64,000 nt of DNA, taken from NCBI GenBank assembly GCA_964016885.1, contig OZ024740.1, positions 403,496,001-403,560,000 on the forward strand. Direction: 5' to 3'. This stretch comes from Eledone cirrhosa (taxonomy: Eukaryota). The first letter of the stretch is position 1, and every line of letters starts with the position of its first letter. The position numbers and the translations under genes are program-made. Positions 62,179-64,000 of the stretch are shown here, one piece after another. The notes under the pieces were generated by a model. The model was given only the letters and a program-made list of their open reading frames with translations, searched no databases and was not told the origin of the DNA.

Positions 62179-62233
62179 ACTGCCTGAAGAGATCACAGCC
62201 AAAGATGGCTGTCACCGAAATATATATAGCAGT
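62179..62233 (+). ncRNA. Minimal type I hammerhead ribozyme (right arm)
   Basis: ACTGC-CTGAAGA-GATCACAGCC aaagat GGCTGTCACC-GAAA-TATATA-TA-GCAGT, then AATAAA. Confidence 0.8.
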
Positions 62234-62646
62234 AATAAACGAAGCTAAATTTTAAACATTTGACTTATTTATTTTATTTTATTTTATATATATATATATA
62301 TATTATAATTGTTTCTACTTTTGCAACAAGGCCAGCAAATACCCAGTGCATTACTGGTACTTTATTTTATCGACCCCGTAAGGATGAAAGGCAAAGTTAA
62401 CCTCGGCGGGATTTGAACTCAGACCATAAAGGACCGTAACTCTATACTGCAAAGCATGGTGTCTGTCCGACTCTCTCAAGGATTCAGTATTGCATATATA
62501 TATATATATGGATGGTAAGAATCGATCTTATAACAACTTTTCTCTCAGATCTTCTTCCATCATATCCCAGTGTGCCTGTATAATCGTACAAAGAAGCATA
62601 ATGTGGATACATTTGTCTAGACAATATCTGACTCTTGAATTTATAA

Positions 62647-62694
<48 letters not shown>

Positions 62695-63034
62695 TTAAAT
62701 AGAAAAAGATAAAAAGAGTAACCTCGTGACGTAAATCAAAATACATCCTGATTCACATATCAGTTGACGTAATGTACAGAGTTCATAGTGAATTCTATTA
62801 TGCACACATACACACTCACACACACACATATATATGTATATGTGTATTTTTATTTGTTCTCCTTCCCCATTTTTTCTAAATGCATTTCCACACACCATCG
62901 GAACTCTCTTCCTAACCTATTTATCCTGAAGAAGGGCCTATGCCCGAAACGCCCCACCCACCCCCACTCTTAAAAGCGTAAACCTAATAAACCTTTATTT
63001 GTCTGCCTCTCTGTTTTGTTCCCGTATACATTTG

Positions 63035-63086
<52 letters not shown>

Positions 63087-63088
<2 letters not shown>

Positions 63089-63268
63089 CGAAGGAGGTGT
63101 GGTAAGGAACCAGATGGACCATAACGCACCAGATAGTTAGGGTAATAGGGTAATGTTTAACCCCGACAGCAGAGCTCAAGCCGTTTGGACGGCTATTTCT
63201 GGACTATTTCTGTGTCCAGAAATAGCCGTCGAAACGGCTTGAGCTCTGCCGTCGGGGTTAAACATTTT
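63087..63268. mobile_element. Short (TA)n-associated fold-back element, family E
   Basis: Tail aacgaagga..tgtggtaaggaaccag..ggaccataacgcacc plus a palindrome at 63152-63266. Related copies at 7861-8030, 39305-39360, 43720-43862, 44696-44899 and 45859-45962. Confidence 0.8.
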
Positions 63269-63694
63269 CATATATATATATTAATTTCTAATTTAGGTAA
63301 AAAGCCAGCAAATTTGGGGCGAGTACAAAGTTGATTAAATCAGCGTCACTACATGGTTAGTACTTTATCTTATAAACCCCGGAAGTACCAATCCCACGGT
63401 CCGGTATCTTGAGGAGGTATTTTCTCCTATAGCTCTGAGTCGACCAATGTCTTGTGAGTGAAATTGGTTAGAAGGAAACAAGTTGAAAGCCCATCAATTA
63501 AAAAGCACCTGTTTGTGGGTGGTACACTTAATTAGTCACTCATAATACCAACATCTGCTACTTAAACTAAGTATTCGAACTAGATTACCGGTTTGGGGAT
63601 AATCAAAAAGTTGTAGCTTCCCTCAGCACCCCCACCATATTTGAAACCGGAGAAAAGATCATCAGCACTGTTCTTCCTCCTCTGACTAAACTAT

Positions 63695-63760
<66 letters not shown>

Positions 63761-63775
63761 GTATATATATATATA

Positions 63776-63990
63776 CTAGACCACCCGTGACCCGTTGGAT
63801 CACGTTCACTTAAAAATCATTTTAAAATAATTAAAATATACACAGACATGGATATAATGTGAAATGAAACTTGTTTTATTCCATTTGTATTCCCATTTCA
63901 AGGTCAACTTCCTTTCAAAGTATTTCTACATTATGCTGTATTACATTATAGACAAGCAAGCAAACAATCACAGAGTTTTAGTAGTAGTAT
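63776..63990 (-). mobile_element. Short non-autonomous Helitron copy
   Basis: CTAG|T end at 63776 with a CGTGA.CC/GG.TCACG hairpin about 8 nt inside. The body matches 42974-43090 and 44105-44240. Confidence 0.7.
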
Positions 63991-64000
63991 ATATATATAT

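Larger units (their letters stand above)
61833..62286. repeat. ~450-bp near-perfect palindrome (head-to-head PLE-type terminal repeats)
   Basis: The arms are reverse complements about a centre near 62062 (aatcata tca tatgatt), with a few mismatches and indels. One HHR and one AATAAA per arm. Confidence 0.9.

Noticed and set aside
62921-62990. HHR-like CTGAAGA-aGGGCctatGCCC-GAAA-CGC...GCG-TA
   Set aside because: Core and stems II/III fit, but the stem I strands (ttatc versus aacct) do not pair. Probably a decayed PLE ribozyme, so not called as functional.

Overview
AT-rich, repeat-dense eukaryotic (animal) DNA. The SINE/RTE/microsatellite make-up suggests a cephalopod such as Octopus (inference). 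Host genes found: tRNA-Pro(CGG) on the minus strand (2197-2268) and a complete 5-exon MRPS23 on the minus strand (24680->13954, 183 aa, all introns GT-AG and in phase), which the ORF track misses. Most of the rest is mobile DNA: three RTE LINE copies with a PHD-like Cys/His finger, two DD37D (maT)-type Tc1/mariner copies, many tRNA-derived SINEs, non-autonomous Helitrons, CRE- and CR1-like fragments, and several Penelope-like element (PLE) families that sit in (TA)n tracts. The most notable signal is at the RNA level: at least six sequence-distinct type I hammerhead ribozyme (HHR) motifs. They include a non-coding head-to-tail repeat with two identical canonical minimal HHRs 469 nt apart (56715-57548, retrozyme-like, predicted circular RNA), a ~450-bp palindrome with one HHR per arm (61833-62286), families with CCGANGA and CAGANGA core variants, and a family whose copies fold back at the HHR stem II. 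All folds were read by eye and none has been tested.
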